DNA of 62,249 nucleotides, filler included, from Sphacelaria rigidula (taxonomy: Eukaryota): NCBI GenBank assembly GCA_964200075.2. It is 2 parts of 2 records of this genome, joined end to end, with 100 filler letters (N's around TTAATTAATTAA, not from the genome) between each part and the next. Parts side by side here need not be neighbours in the genome. Positions count along the whole stretch, not along the records: positions 31,225 to 62,249 come from CAXNAA020000052.1; 1 more part is not named here. One strand, 5' to 3'. The translations under genes were made by a program, and so were the position numbers. The notes under the pieces were generated by a model. The model was not told where the DNA came from and did not search any database. It saw nothing but the letters and a program-made list of their open reading frames with translations. Position 1 is the stretch's first letter. Each line of letters starts with the position of its first letter. Shown here in pieces: positions 61,401 to 62,249 of the stretch.

Positions 61401-62249
61401 GAGTCGTTCTAATTTCTTGGATGCTGTTAGAAAAAAATATTCTGTATTGCTTTCATACCTGTACCGCAGAGGATTTGGGTGCATTTTTATTAGCAGACGC
61501 GAGTAAGTACGGTGGTAAAGCAAGGAAAGGTAGCAATGATCGGGCTTACCTGCCGTACTGCCGACAGCGTCGCGTGAAAGCCACAAGACCCTTGCTGTCG
61601 GCGGTTGGTGGCGTGGGTCTCGAATGCAACGACATGCGGCTGATCGTACAGCAGTCTCGTCTCTCCTCCCAGCTTGTTGTGGTAACATGACCTCCTGACA
61701 TCGGAATAACTATTAGATTGTCATGGGAAGCACTGGTGCTGTCGTACCTATTATTACTCAGGTGCTCACGCGGCCACCGTGCGCTGCAGATTGCGGCATG
61801 GGCGGACTCCTACGCGCCACGCTAGCATCAGTTAGATCACCACCATATGTATCTTTTTCCACTCCGCATGTCAAGAAGGTCTCCACAAGTGTTTGATCTC
61901 GCACGCGCACACACCCCAACTGGCGTGTCGTCAAGCGCCCCGTGGGCGGGAGGGGGAGGTTGGGGAGAATCAACGATGAATAACACCCCCTAAGTTCAAA
62001 TTGGATCTATCTGGTTTTGCCGCAGCACCGTCCTTGCTGGCATGTGTGTGACAGAGAACAGTAGTAGCGGTGACGGGAACATTGCCCTGTTCTTCAACGA
62101 CATGTTTTTCAGTGCACAGACGCGCGTCTTGTCCAAAAAGAGAGGCAGAGATAAATTGATCTTCGCATCAAGCAAGCAAGAAGAGACGAGATCTCTCCGC
62201 AGCTCTCGGTGTTGTGGCACAGCATACATGGCAAATTGGGTACATGCTG

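Overview
Eukaryotic, intron-rich, repeat-dense genomic DNA. Gene style and repeat content suggest a stramenopile, most likely a brown alga (inference). Three spliced genes can be reconstructed by eye. (1) A 17-exon P1B-1 Cu(I)-transporting ATPase of the plastid PAA1/PAA2/CtaA type with two N-terminal HMA domains (+, 691-24934, ~999 aa). (2) The 3' six exons of an amidophosphoribosyltransferase (purF, -, 27673-30861), including a GC-AG intron; its 5' exons are not found beyond an artificial scaffold linker at 31125-31224. (3) A 4-exon, ~1248-aa cell-surface protein with Pmp-like GGA/FxxN beta-helix repeats, a Cys-rich stalk and a multi-pass membrane domain (+, 41389-57601). A decayed DIRS/Ngaro-type tyrosine-recombinase retrotransposon lies at ~59140-61400 (-). 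Introns and intergenic DNA carry many non-autonomous elements: hAT-like elements with 8-bp TSDs, nested MITEs, a foldback, a Helentron/HINE-like family and tRNA-like SINE heads. The most unusual signal is a retroposon-like family (6 copies) with a fixed 3' end followed by a C-rich tail, variable 5' truncation and 10-13 bp TSDs that start with C-runs. This looks like a poly(C) analogue of L1/Alu target-primed insertion. All coordinates were read manually and may be off by a few bases.
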